64,000 bases of DNA, taken from positions 16,740,001 to 16,804,000 of the forward strand of contig NC_086097.1 of the NCBI RefSeq assembly GCF_963921235.1, read 5' to 3'. Of the stretch, positions 23,587 through 35,894 are shown in pieces. Below the pieces are notes generated by a model. The model searched no databases. It had not been told where the DNA came from and worked only from the letters and a program-made list of their open reading frames with translations. Within the stretch, counting starts at the first letter, position 1. Each line of letters opens with the position of its first letter. The translations under genes were made by a program, and so were the position numbers. Source of the DNA: Mobula hypostoma. Its lineage: Eukaryota.

Positions 23587-24586
23587 TGTAATGCCCTGGT
23601 TAAAAGATTTACTGCTATGCTGTGAGGTACTTCATTTTAATAGTTTTCTGTAGGACCAGTGTGTCCTCCTTGTAGAGTGTTTTGGTTGTGGCTGAGATGA
23701 GAAGCCCTGCTGTTCAACTAAGGCAGTGGTCCCCAACCACTGGGCCGTAAGCATGTGCTACCGAGCCGTGAGGAAACGAAATGATTTGGCAATATGAACT
23801 GATATGAGTCAGCTGCACCTTTCCTCATTCCCTGTCACGCCCACTGTTGAACTTGAACGCACGCGAGGTCCACAAGAATATTGTCAATATTAAATCGGTC
23901 CGTGGTGCGCAAAAGGTTGGGGACCCCTGAACTAAGGAATGTGAGTCAGCCATTCAGGATGATGGGATCGGGAGAAGTTTCTGGGGAGAGCTGGGCAGAG
24001 AGAGATTTGTGACAGACACTGGTAGGGTTCTTGGTCTTTTTGGCGGGAGATGCGATCAAGAGAAGTTTGGCAGAGATGCCCGTAAGATTTGATCCAATGG
24101 GCAGATGCAATTGCAATAAGTGCTTCTCGAAATAAGAGTCCAAGAAGGGAAACTCTACTGGTGATTGGTGATGAGAATACAGCACCATGAGTAACGGTTA
24201 AACTCAACTTTTGGAGGAGATGAGCTCCAATGGTAATCTGCACATTTAGACTGATTTTGTTGTAATGGATGCTTTTCTTTCTCTTAATAACTGTTTGATA
24301 AAGTTGAAATTAGTAAATATACTTTCTTTATAATTTTATGTTGGTGTATAATTTGTCATTTCTTTGAATGGTAATTCAATAGGGCTGTATTTGCACAGTA
24401 TTCGCTCAAATTGAACTTCTGTTAATCAGAACATCCCAACTTTCCTATTTGGTTGGATCCCAAATCATACCAACCCTTGACATGTATTATTTATGAAAAG
24501 TAGCCTTCTTACTGTTGAGTCACGTGGCTGTTAGCCGAATCAGCTATTGAGCCAAGTTTGCATGTGAGCCCAGTGTAAGGGTTACA
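23587..24586. mobile_element. Probable solo LTR (TG...CA) containing a hAT MITE
   Basis: Starts TGTAATGCCC and ends GGGTTACA (terminal inverted repeat). Flanks AATG / AATA match 3 of 4 bases. No coding sequence. Confidence 0.6.
23724..23929. mobile_element. hAT-family MITE, 206 bp
   Basis: TIRs CAGTGGTCCCCAACC / GGTTGGGGACCCCTG. Perfect 8-bp TSD AACTAAGG at 23716-23723 and 23930-23937. Confidence 0.93.
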
Positions 24587-26589
24587 AATATATGAATGAA
24601 AAGAAAACCACTTTCACAGCAGATTTTGCATGTTTTCTGTTGTAATGTCAAAAGTAATTTCATAAGTTTTTTGAGAGATGGGCACAGTAATGGGTTCCCC
24701 GCCCATCTCTTCCATGCTGAATGTGATGACTATCTGTGCTAATTCCATTTACTTGCATTAATCCCATATCCTCTACGCCTTTCCTGTTAAAGCACCTGAC
24801 CAAATGTTGCAATTGTGTTCATCTTTACCACTTCCTCTGGCAGCCTTTTCAATGACTATTTCCTTTGGTAATTTGTCCATCATCGAGTTGTTACTTGCCT
24901 TCTGACTGTCACTATGTTGAAAAAGCGAGACTTCTAGTGTGACATCCAAAAAACATACATTCAACATATCCAAAATCCCTCTACAGTGGAGTGAGGAATT
25001 GGTGTTTACCTCAGGACGTATTGTGCTCAATTATTGGAATCTATACAGACTTCAAGACATAAATAGGTTAAAATTAAGGGGAAACACAAGTTTAATCAAT
25101 ATTCTATTAGGGTCAAAATCAACATCCTAAGTAACTTGGGTATTCCTAGGAGTTCACAGTATGTGAACTGAATTTAATCTCCCAATAATATTAATGTAAA
25201 CTATTCTGAAAAGCATTTCCAGACAAAATAAGAATTGAAAAATATTGAAGTGGTTTATATTTCAGTGTCTATTGATAGGCTTTACAGACCATCTGGAAGT
25301 GTACGTTCGATTTTCTGAGGTTAATTCATCAGGTCCAGATTTGCAGAACATAAATTTTTGAGGTTGTAAAATTGCTTGTGAAATTTGAAGATAAGAACCA
25401 TTTAACATATTGATGTGGACAGGGTCGTGAAGAAACACAGACCTCCAATTCCTGATCCAGTCAAAAGTCATTATTAACAGACTGAAATTTTGTGTAACTA
25501 ATGTAGGCAAGAAAAGCCAAGTTAAAGAAATTTATCAGCATATGGATGTAATCCCAATTTTGGTATCTGTTATCCTGAATTTGCATCATCCTGTTTCTCA
25601 GGATAGTAGGAATCTTGTAATTTGTAATGTAATTTTCCAAGTTTCCTATGCCATTGTCAACGCACGATTTGTGATTTGCTATCTTATACATGTTCCAGGT
25701 CTATTCTTGCTGGTAGTGCAGGTGCAGTGTATAATACAATTCTCCTCTGATTCTCTGCTGATCAAAAGCATCTGAAGATGATCCACATAGTGACGGCAGT
25801 TAAATGTACAGAAGACCTATATAAATACTTTATGACCTATTTCTGGATGTGGCCAACTGTCTGTTGTTGATTATGTCTATTGCATTATCAGCAATGCAGT
25901 TCTTTTTAAAAACATACTCTTCAGAGAAAACAGCCAATACTCTGTTATACATTCTTCTATCAAAGTAGGGATGCTAAATTTGCTAATTCATCTACTTTTA
26001 ATAATGTGAACCCTGAACCTGCCCAATTAACGTCTTTTCAGCTGTTCATTAATGGCACTGCATAGTTATTAGCAAGTACATGTTGTGATCTGTTTGTCAC
26101 TCATTCATTGCTCTTTTTTTTTATCCAAACACTTGAGATGGGAATACACTTGTGACTTATAATAATTGCACACAGGTTCAAAAAACAGAATGCCGGCAGG
26201 AACATAATCTACCTGTCTAACCTTTCTGTAGCTTCTCTTGCCTTCCAGCAAAGTAGGATATAAAATATGATGTGCCCACCTCAAGAATTAGTTCTTAAAT
26301 AGTTCACATCTTTCTGAGGGCACCTCCACCTCTACTGACTTTGAAACTGCACGAGGAGGCAGCATTAGCATTGTTCTTATGGGATGGAATTCCTGACAAT
26401 TTACCAAAACCTGATTTGTGTGACAATTGTGGATAATTTAAATTTTGGATCTGTGGTGGAGAGGCACAGGGACTTCTGCACCTAAATTTGTAGTAGTTTT
26501 AACACTACTATGGTGTGATTACTATGAGGAGTAATAACCCAGATCTTCAGATTACAATTGCGCAGAGCTGCTTGGATCTTCTGACTTCT

Positions 26590-27110
26590 CATTGGTTTAT
26601 TGTTGCCACATGTGCAGAGATATAGTGAAAAGCTTTTGTCTGCATGCCATGCAGAGAAATCATTCCAAAAACAAGTACATTGAAGTAATACCAAAGGAAA
26701 AGCAATAGCAGAATATAGAATATTGTCTTAAAGTTTCAGAGAGAGTGGAATGCAGATAGACAAATAAGGTGCAAGGCCATGACGAGATGGATTAAGGGTT
26801 CAAAAGTTCATCTTTATCATCCAGGAGGTCCACTCAACAGTCTTGTAACAGCAAGGTAGAAGCTGCCCTGAGCGTAGCTGTATATGTTTTTTAAGCTTTT
26901 GTATCTTCCTTCTAATAGAAGAGGTCGTGATGGGAGGGGTTTTTGATTCTGTTCACTGCATTCCCAAGGCAGCAGGAAGTATCGACAAAGTCAGTGGAGG
27001 GCGGCCTGGTTTTCATGATAGAGTGGACTGCGTTTACAACACTGCAATTTATTGTGTTCTTGGGCAAAGTGGTTGCCATTCCAAGCTGTTTAGATCTGGA
27101 TGAGATGCAC
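26590..27110 (-). mobile_element. Old Rex1-like LINE 3' fragment
   Basis: tttattgttgccacatgt tail; gtagaagctg...aagcttttgtatcttc...ccattccaagctgt resembles the other Rex1-like copies. Confidence 0.5.
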
Positions 27111-28109
27111 TAACTCAGGATTCCTAGAAATCAGCTGAAGTACAGTTCTCTAATGTATTTAAGAACTATTCTCAGGGCACTTGTGTTTTTCTGTTGAATT
27201 TAAAGTCCAACAGCTGCTCTGTGTGTGAACTTCATAGACATGAGGATGGAAGGCAGGCCTCATCCTGGTTCCCAGCACTTTTCTGCCCACTGAGCTAGTT
27301 TAATCTGCAAATCTTTAGAATCAGTGAAACGAAATAACTGTGGGGGTGCATTGTTAAGGAGTATTTAACTCCCTTTGTACTTTAATTAGTTTCAGTACAT
27401 TTAATGATTATTTTAATTGTGTGCAAATGTTTTGTGTTTTGAATTTCATTTTTTAATAGTTTTAACTTTATTCAATGCTGTTTGAATATTTAGTTTAAAC
27501 ACTGGTGGGACTCATTAGTTGACAAGGTAATCAGGATAGCTGAACCTGTCACTTGTGCTTGAAGTGGTCTTGTGCTACACTGGGCTTCTTCACTGATCTG
27601 GGAATATGCCTTCTGCCAGAAAATTCCTTAGAGATATATTTTAAAGGCAAGTGACCATTGAGTTTGGGCAGGGACTTCTATCCTTGTCAGTTCAAGCCCT
27701 CCTGAAGCACGGATATCACATTTAACTATCTGAATTGTCTGGGCAGCCAGTGAGGCCCTGCTACCAAGCACCTCCTGTCCCACTTTTCGTTACCTTCCTG
27801 GTTTCAACCGCTATCTTAGAAGCCACAGACCAAGAGTCAAAACTCATCTCTCCTTCAGCCCTGAGGGTGTATCGCACAGTGCCTTACACTGTGTTTACAA
27901 GCTATAATTCTGAGTTGATGGAAGGTTAAAATATTTTGGAATAATATCAATATAATGATGCAGCTTCTGAGTATTATGCGCAATAAGTTAAGCAGAACAA
28001 AAAGGGACTACCCATACTCAATACAATAAATGTATCTGCAAGTTTGCCTTTAATAGGCAGCTTCAAAAGAAATTTCTTGTTCTTCCGAGGGATGTATGGT
28101 GGATGTTAG

Positions 28110-28530
28110 TGTACAGGATTGGAGCTGCAGAAGGTTGTAAACTCAGCCAGCTCCATTGTGGTCATTAGCCTCCTTGCCATTGAGAACGTCTTCAAGAGAC
28201 AGTGCCTCAAGAAAGTTGCATCCATCATTACGGACCTTCATCATCAAGGAAATCTGCTCTCCTCATTACTGCCATCAGAGAGGGGGGTACAGGAGCCTGT
28301 AGACATACACTCAACGTTTTAGGAACAGATTTTTCCTTCCACCATCATATTTCTGAACAGTCTATGAGCACTTTCACTATCTTGCTCTCTTTAATTATTT
28401 TAATATTCCTTATTGTAACTTAGAGTAATTTTATCGTTATGTATTGCACTGTACTGCTTCGAGAAAATAACAAATTTCACAACATGTCAGTGATAATAAT
28501 AAACCTGATTCTGCTTCTGATTCTGAAATG
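28110..28530 (+). mobile_element. Rex1/Babar-like LINE 3' fragment
   Basis: ORF 28119..28322 LQKVVNSASSI...CLKKVASIITDLHHQG..LSSLLPS; tail gtgataataataaacctgattctgcttctgattctga. Confidence 0.75.
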
Positions 28531-28597
28531 TTAAGAGAAGACTATCATATTTACAGTTGATCATTATCAGATTTATTATCACGAGATCTCTTGTTAG

Positions 28598-28890
28598 TGG
28601 GCACCATGATAGCGTGAGTGTGACGCTATTACACCTCTGAGCATTCTGGAGTTTGGAGTTCAATTCCAGCGCCATTCTGAAAGCGGTCTGTATGTCCTTT
28701 CTGTAAAATGTGTGGGTTTCCCTTGGGTGCTCCGGTTTCCTCTCACAATCCAAACGGTAAGTTCGTTGGACATTGTAAATTGTCCCGTGAAGAGGTTAGG
28801 GTTAATTGGGGTTGTGAGGTTCCTGGGCTGGCATGGTTCAAAGGGCGGGAAGGGCTGACTCCACACTGTCTTGCTAAATAAATAAAATAA
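28598..28890 (+). mobile_element. tRNA-derived V-SINE/HE1-like SINE
   Basis: B-box-like gagttcaattcc; central tgtgggtttcccttgggtgctccggtttcctctcacaatccaaa; (TAAA)n tail. Confidence 0.7.
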
Positions 28891-30321
28891 ACAAATCACT
28901 AACGTATGACATGAAATTTGTTGTTTTGTGGTAGCAGTAAATTGCAAAACCTTAAAATTATTATGAATTACAAAAATCTTATTTATATATGTGATATGGT
29001 CTCATTGTCAAGTCCAGAATATAATATTGATCTTTGAGAAAGAGGTTGGAGCTGCCAGTTTAAATCAGTGCTACAAGTTTCTGTGTGTTTGCACATTGGT
29101 CTGATGCCCTTCAAAGTTCAAAGTACTTTTATTATCAAAGTGTGTACACTATACCATATACAACCTTGAGATTCATCTTCTTGCAGGCAGCCACAAAACA
29201 AAGAAACACAATAGAACTCATTTTTAAAAAAACATATAGAAACTGTCAAACGCCCAGTGTGTGGGGGGGAGGGGAGGGAGAAAACAAGTCATACAAACAA
29301 TAAAAAAGTAAACAAATAGCCCACACAATATGAACCTCAGAGTCCCCAAAAGTGAGTCCACAGTTATGGAGCCAATTCAGTGCTGAGGCCATAGCTGCAG
29401 AGTTGGCTCAGCACTGAGATGAGTGAGCTGAACACCCTTGATCTTGTATCTGAAGATATAAAAGAGGCCTTGGTGTGACAGTGGAAGGAGGAGTGAATTT
29501 TTACTGTGGTGAATGTATTAGTCAAGTGAACGGCTTTGTGCTGGAGCTATTGAACCTGGTGATTGTTGTTCTGACAATCAGAATCGGGTTTAATATCACT
29601 GACATATATTGTTGCTTTGTGGTAGCAGTACATTGCAATACATAATAAAACAACTATAAGTTACAATAAGAGATGTTTTTTAAAATTAAATAAGTATTGT
29701 AAAAAGAGCAAAAAAGAAAATAATATTGAGGTAGCGCATATATTGCCAAGTTTTGAAATCTCTCCCCAGTTCCCTTGTTGATTAGTGGAAACTCAGAAGA
29801 AAAGTTACTTACTGCAGGCTGCCCAGTCTTTGAATTGCTTTTGCAGTCACAATGCCTGCAGTCAGATCTTAAAAAAAAATGTTGACTCGATAATGTTAAA
29901 CCCTGTGGTTTAGCATTGCAGGATTCATTCTCATTAGAGTATGCTTACAAGAGTGCTCTCTTCTGTGAGGTAACTTATCATTCTATTTATTTATCTCTTT
30001 AGGAAGCTTCCTCATTGCAACTGGGACTGAACCTGTCATCTCTTTATTATCATAATTATATGTAGAAAGTGTTTGTTTTGCAGGAATCTGGTCTTTTTTT
30101 TTGCTACTTTCTTTGACCTGGAGGGCAACAGGCACTTATGTATTTCATAACCTATTCTTTATTTTGTAAACTTGGCTAACCCTATCAGTGCTATACAAAG
30201 CACTTGATGTAGAACCTTATCTCTCCACAAAGTCTATTCAAAACATGAAATCTTAATCAATTAACCAACTTACTTGGTTAATAGTCTAAATTGAACAGTA
30301 AACAAAATATTTGTTTTCTAG

Positions 30322-30399
30322 CAATTCTCGGTGAAGGAATTTTACCTGAAAATCATTCCATGGAGACTTTTCACTTTCAGAGTATGTCCGGGAACAAAG
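30322..30399 (+). CDS. AREL1: AREL1 coding exon 5 in window
   Basis: tag|CAA...AAG|gtgggt. QFSVKEFYLKIIPWRLFTFRVCPGTK. 78 nt. Confidence 0.95.
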
Positions 30400-30848
30400 G
30401 TGGGTCTGAATTCTGCATGTCCAATTTCTGGGGATTGTGGTGGAGTTTAAGTGGCAGAATGGATAGGTGCATCATGTAGCGTGTTTCATATTTGTCAAGA
30501 TTTATCTGATATTGGATTGCCAACAGTTAACTTATTTGAGTTAAGGTACCATTAAGACCCTACCTGTGGTCTCTTAACAGACGCGCTTGAAGAATTAGCT
30601 GCAGTCTAGCGAGCTTACTGTTGCATCCATGAAGACGGTTAGATTCAACTTTGAACCTTTTTTAAAATCTCCACCTTAAGCCAAAACATCTGTCACTGTC
30701 CAAAGTTTTACTGAAATTACTTGGGTGCAAAACATGCAATCTAGCAATACAATTATGGTATACGCTTCAAAACTCCTGTCAATTGATATGTTGAAAGAAG
30801 GGGGACAAATTGGTAAAAATATGTAAAATGGTGTCTTTTTATTCTCAG

Positions 30849-30990
30849 TTTTACTACCATGGTCTCGACCCAGTGCACAAGTTCCTAACATTAGTTGTGG
30901 ATGATGGGATACAGCCTCCTGTGGAACTTAGTTGCAAAGACAGAAACATCATGGCAGCAACATTTATCCGTTTCTTGCATAACAACATTG
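30849..30990 (+). CDS. AREL1: AREL1 coding exon 6 in window
   Basis: cag|TTT...ATT G|gtaaga. FYYHGLDPVHKFLTLVVDDGIQPPVELSCKDRNIMAATFIRFLHNNI. 142 nt. Confidence 0.95.
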
Positions 30991-31933
30991 GTAAGAATGG
31001 AAAACTTGTGTTTTATTTGTGAATAGGTGTCAAGGGAGAGAAAGGGACCATTGCTGTTAACTTTTAGGGAAAATCGAATCTGACAACTGAAGAGGTCCTT
31101 GAGTGTCAAAATTCTGCCAAATATGACTTGGATGAGAATTTGGTCCCCTGATTTTTGAGCAGCAGGACAGGGCTCATAAGATTTGCCAGGTGGATATTAG
31201 ACTCTTACTATGGTACAAAAGAGAAGAATAGTTGTTAGCCAAATTAATTTGGATCAGTCTTTCAAATCTTTGTGACCGAATCAGTTTACAACCTGTCTCA
31301 GTGCCTGAGAACTACACCATAACAGGTCTATTTTAGAGAAAGAACAAAAATAGTAATTGAATATAAAGAAAAATCTGTGTTTTTTTTTTAGATCATTCAA
31401 CATTTATTTCCCTCCTGGGTTTCAGCTGTCTTCTGTCACGACAATTCATTCCCACCCTTCTGCATAGGTATACGTTGGTATCAAATGACTCCTCTAGAGT
31501 TGTTTTTGACATTTAATATTTTTAATACATCAGCAACTGTGATCCATGACGTTTGTGCCATATATTGTAACCAGTCATTGAAAATTATTACCTGCCAGGT
31601 AATTTGACATTTTAATTGTGCAAGGAGACCAGCTGTTTTTTTTCTAATTGAAGAGATAGTCTAAGCTGTTGGCTAAAGCAACATAAAGGGAATGCTATAT
31701 AGTCAGAAATGATGAGCTTGGGATGAAAAGTTAAATTGAGTCTTGACCTCTTCTTAATGAGTTTTGACATACAATGTGAATCCCATATGGGGTACTGAAG
31801 GCACTTTATTTTTGAGATTATTTTTTTGTGATGAATCAGCTGATTTTTGTATAAAACCAATCTTCCAGGTATCTGTTTCTATTTCTAAGCCTCTATGGAT
31901 ATTAAATGGAAGTATTTTTTCTCCTTTTACTAG

Positions 31934-32055
31934 GGGGTTCTGAAACCTTCCAAGATAAAGTGAATTTCTTTCAGCGGGAACTCCGTCAGATCCATGTGAA
32001 ACGACCACATACAAAGATTATACTTAAAGTCAGCCGTCATAATCTCCTTGAGTCG
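31934..32055 (+). CDS. AREL1: AREL1 coding exon 7 in window
   Basis: tag|GG GGT...TCG|gtgggt. (G)GSETFQDKVNFFQRELRQIHVKRPHTKIILKVSRHNLLES. 122 nt. Confidence 0.95.
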
Positions 32056-32336
32056 GTGGGTTTAGTTTGGTTTACTGACCATCTGTTTTCTAATAGTTAA
32101 TAGATCATTACTTAAACAGTAGTGTCACTAACTGTCCTTTAGAGCCGTTTTCACTTTGGAATGCTCATTAGTGGGATGGTATATTTTATATTCATCTATT
32201 TAACTTGTATTCGTTTGATTAAAGCATTGTAATGTTGGAATTAGATAAAACATCAAATTTTATTACATCAATTAATAAAGATTTTAATGGGTAACTTTGT
32301 CTTCAAATTCATTTTTCAATTTCTGTGTGTCACTAG

Positions 32337-32412
32337 TCCATGAAAGCCACAAGAAATTTCTCAGCCTCTGATTGGAGCAAGAATTTTGAGGTTATTTTTC
32401 AGGATGAGGAAG
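32337..32412 (+). CDS. AREL1: AREL1 coding exon 8 in window, HECT N-lobe start
   Basis: tag|TCC...GAA G|gtcagt. SMKATRNFSASDWSKNFEVIFQDEE. 76 nt. Confidence 0.95.
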
Positions 32413-32809
32413 GTCAGTATTAAAGAGAAAAAAATATTCCAAAAGTGGTTTGTGGTTAAATGTAAAATTTAATTAGACAACTTTGATAAATGCACACCTA
32501 AATAAAAAATTGATATGACGTTGATCTTCATAGATTTTGGTTGGGTGGTGTTGAATTTGCCTTGGATGCATTAACTTTTTTCAGCTACTTCCTTCAGGTC
32601 TTAGTCCCAAAATGTGTGACTGTATTCTTACTTATCATCAAACAGCACAGATTAGTAGTTTCATTTATTTTAATAAAGGAAACAGCATGTTGATGCTTTA
32701 TTCAGTGGCACAACCTCATATGAATTTTGGAGCTTTTTAGTCCCTCTTCAGTACCTATGAGTTGTGGAGCTAGTTCAGAGTCAACCATGTTAATTTCATG
32801 GGTTTGGTT

Positions 32810-33325
32810 TGTCAAAGTAAATTTTATTATCAAAGTTACATGTATGTCTCTATATAAAACTCTGAGATCCATTTTCCTGTGGGCATACTTAGCAACTCTG
32901 TAGAATAGCAATTATAACAGGATCCTTGGAAGTTCAACCAGAGTGCAGAAGACAAAAAACGATGCAAATGCAAATATAAATAAATAGCAATAAATAACAA
33001 GAGCATGAGATAAGGAGTCCTTAAAGTGAGATCATCAGTTGCAGGAACATTTCAATGATGGAGCATGTGATTGTATTTATCCCCTGATCCCCTAATAGCC
33101 TGATGATTGAGGGGTAGTAGCTGTTCCCGAACCTGGTGGTGCAAGTCCCGAGGCTCTTGTACCTTTTGTCTGATGGCAACAGCGAGAAGAGAGCATGACC
33201 TGGGTGGTGGGGATCTCTGATGATGGATAATGCTTTCTCACAACAACGTTTCATGTAGATGTGCTCAATGGTTGGGAGGGTTTTACCCGTGAGGTACTGG
33301 GCAGAATTCACTACATTTTGTAGGA
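32810..33325 (-). mobile_element. Rex1/Babar-like LINE 3' fragment
   Basis: ORF 33021..33416 LQNVVNSAQYLTG..LPTIEHIY..RC..KALSIIRDPHHPGHALFSLLPS..RY...TTRF.NSYYP. Confidence 0.8.
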
Positions 33326-34094
33326 TATATAGTAGTGTTTGTCTCTTTTCTCTAATTTCCATGCACAATCTTTCCCTGAGAGTACCTTGTGTCAATATCC
33401 TGTGGATCTCCTTCAATGCTGTAATATAACTGAAAATGGATATAGACCAATTGATCTCTTATTATTTCTTCCTTGTGTCAGCATCTGCCCTTCGTTTGAT
33501 CAATGCAACACTGCAGAGGAATTATAAGAAGCAAATACAGGAGTGGATCATTTGGCCCCTTGTGTCTGCTGTGCCATTTGGTTTGATTCAGTGAGAATAT
33601 TATGCCATCTCTAATTTTTGTTTTCCTCTGTTTAAGGAAGGACAGTATGATACAATCAACTATGTTGAAGTAGCTAAGAAATAGTTATCAATTCATTTAG
33701 GAGACACATAGCCAGGCCATATTAAGCTAGTGCATAATAGTAAATAACTAAGGCACAGCACAAACAGTAGAATCTATGTCTAAAGATGGTGCATGAAGCT
33801 GGACTGACCACATCTTATGTGCGATAATTACTTTACTACACCACAATAGGAAGTACTATAGAGAGAACCACTGGTGTTGACTCATTGTGCAAGATCTGAA
33901 CTATATATTCACTGTCACTGTTAACTTTATTACTTTTTTTTTGTATATCTGTTAAAATTTGCTTTCATGGACATATCTTTCCCTCAGCCATTGCCTTCAA
34001 CACAGCAATCACAGGAACCAAAATTCTCCTCCTTAATCCATTTTGCAGAAACAAATCTGAATCAGAAATTATCATAATTTCACTTCCACTTCTC

Positions 34095-34480
34095 GGGCCC
34101 ATCATCAAAGATCCTTACTTCCCAGGCCATGCTCTTTTCTCGCTGCTGCCATCAGGTAGAAGGTACAAGTTTCTCAGGACTTGTGCTTAAGAGCAGTTAC
34201 TACCTCTTAAGCATCAGCCTTTTGAATAAAAGAGGTTAACTACAGTCATTTAAGGACTCTGTTATATTGATGGATGTCATTTTGTTATTTCTTGCTCATT
34301 ATTTATTGCTGTTTATTTGTATCTGCATTTGCACAGCTTGTTTACAGTTTACATTTCCTGGTGTTTACAGTTACTGTTCTATAGATAAGTATGCTAAGTA
34401 TGCCCGCAGGAAAGAATTTCAGGGTTATATGTGGTGAAATGTATGTAATCTGATAATAAATTTTACTTTGAACTTCGAAC
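34095..34480 (+). mobile_element. Rex1/Babar-like LINE 3' fragment
   Basis: ccatcatcaaagatcc...ccaggccatgctcttttctcgctgctgccatcagg; tail tgataataaattttactttgaacttcgaac. Confidence 0.75.
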
Positions 34481-34625
34481 TTTTTCTGGCCAGGGTTTTT
34501 TAATATAGAAATCATATTAATCTTGGAGAAATAATGATTAAGTCAAAAGGAACTATGGGAACAAAAGGAATGCTTTCCTGAGGAAACACTGAAAGAATCT
34601 AAGATGCGTTTATCTAATGTTTCAG

Positions 34626-34735
34626 CACTGGATTGGGGTGGACCACGCAGGGAATGGTTTGATTTGACCTGTAAAGCTCTCTTTGACACAAGTAGTACCC
34701 TGTTCATGCACTTCAGTGACAATAACCAGGGACTA
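34626..34735 (+). CDS. AREL1: AREL1 coding exon 9 in window (HECT)
   Basis: cag|CA CTG...CTA|gtaagt. (A)LDWGGPRREWFDLTCKALFDTSSTLFMHFSDNNQGL, with the HECT D-x-GG-x-x-REWF motif. 110 nt. Confidence 0.96.
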
Positions 34736-35680
34736 GTAAGTATAAATTTCAATTGTTTAAAAAAAATCCATATAACTATTCAAATTCAGATGGTGATAAA
34801 TTACTGTTTATCAATTCTAAGAAATCATATTTGCCTTTGAACAAACTGCTGGTTAGTTGTAACAATTAGAGAAAGATGAAGCCTGCCCCCTTCAGCATGG
34901 GGAATGGTGTTAAATGTGGCATGAAACCTCTTAACTGGTTTTAAGAGCTCTATACATATGAGTCTGAAGCAACTGCTTGCAAGAAAAGTAAGCAATTTAG
35001 TAATTATCACTATTAAACTTCATCTTTTGCTTCAAGACAAGGGATAATTGTTAGTTTATTTTTGTGGGAAAATTCCTTGAATGGAGAAATCTAGGTGTTA
35101 ACTATGGCCCAGTAGGAACATTTTGCCCTCTGTCTGAACATTGTAGGAACTGAGAGGGTGCTAAAGTGGTTTTGTTTTTCAACAGGACTGTTAAACACAA
35201 GGCTCAGTATGTCCGCTCATATAAAAATAAAACACCTGATTAAAGGAACAACTTGGGGAATTCTGCACTTGCCCTGGTAGATGTTTATCACTCTCATCAT
35301 CAGTTCAATGGTTTCCCAATATCTTTTAATGATTTTTTGCTGTCTGTTAGTGAATCCTGGCTGCTGTTTCCCTACTCTGAAAAAATGTTTTGTGGATAAT
35401 GAAGGACCTTGAGGCATCCAGCGGTTTTGAAAAGCATTATATAAATAAAAGCTTATTTCTTTGCCTTTGAATCTGGACATTGAGGCTGGTAACAATTATG
35501 AACCATATTGCACTGTATAAAATTAGTGACTTAATACCAGAAAATACAAGAAAATATGTCATGGTTTGACCTGGCAAGATTTCTAGCATCTTTTTTTTTT
35601 AAATTTCAGATTTCTGGCATTTTCAATGTTTTTTAAAATTTAATGACTTGACCAGCAATTTTCTCTTTTTGGCTATTCAG

Positions 35681-35860
35681 GTGCACCCAAACCCAGAACG
35701 ACCATCTCATCTCCGACCAAAGTTGTATGAGTTTGCAGGGAAAGTAGTTGGGAAGTGCTTGTATGAATCATCCTTAGGTGGGGCTTACAAACAGCTGGTT
35801 TGTGCTCGGTTTACCCGTTCCTTCTTGGCACAAATTATTGGACTCCGGATGCATTATAAG
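35681..35860 (+). CDS. AREL1: AREL1 coding exon 10 in window (HECT)
   Basis: cag|GTG...AAG|gtaaac. VHPNPERPSHLRPKLYEFAGKVVGKCLYESSLGGAYKQLVCARFTRSFLAQIIGLRMHYK. 180 nt. Confidence 0.96.
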
Positions 35861-35894
35861 GTAAACTAAGGCTATTTGTGGCTTTGCCATACAT

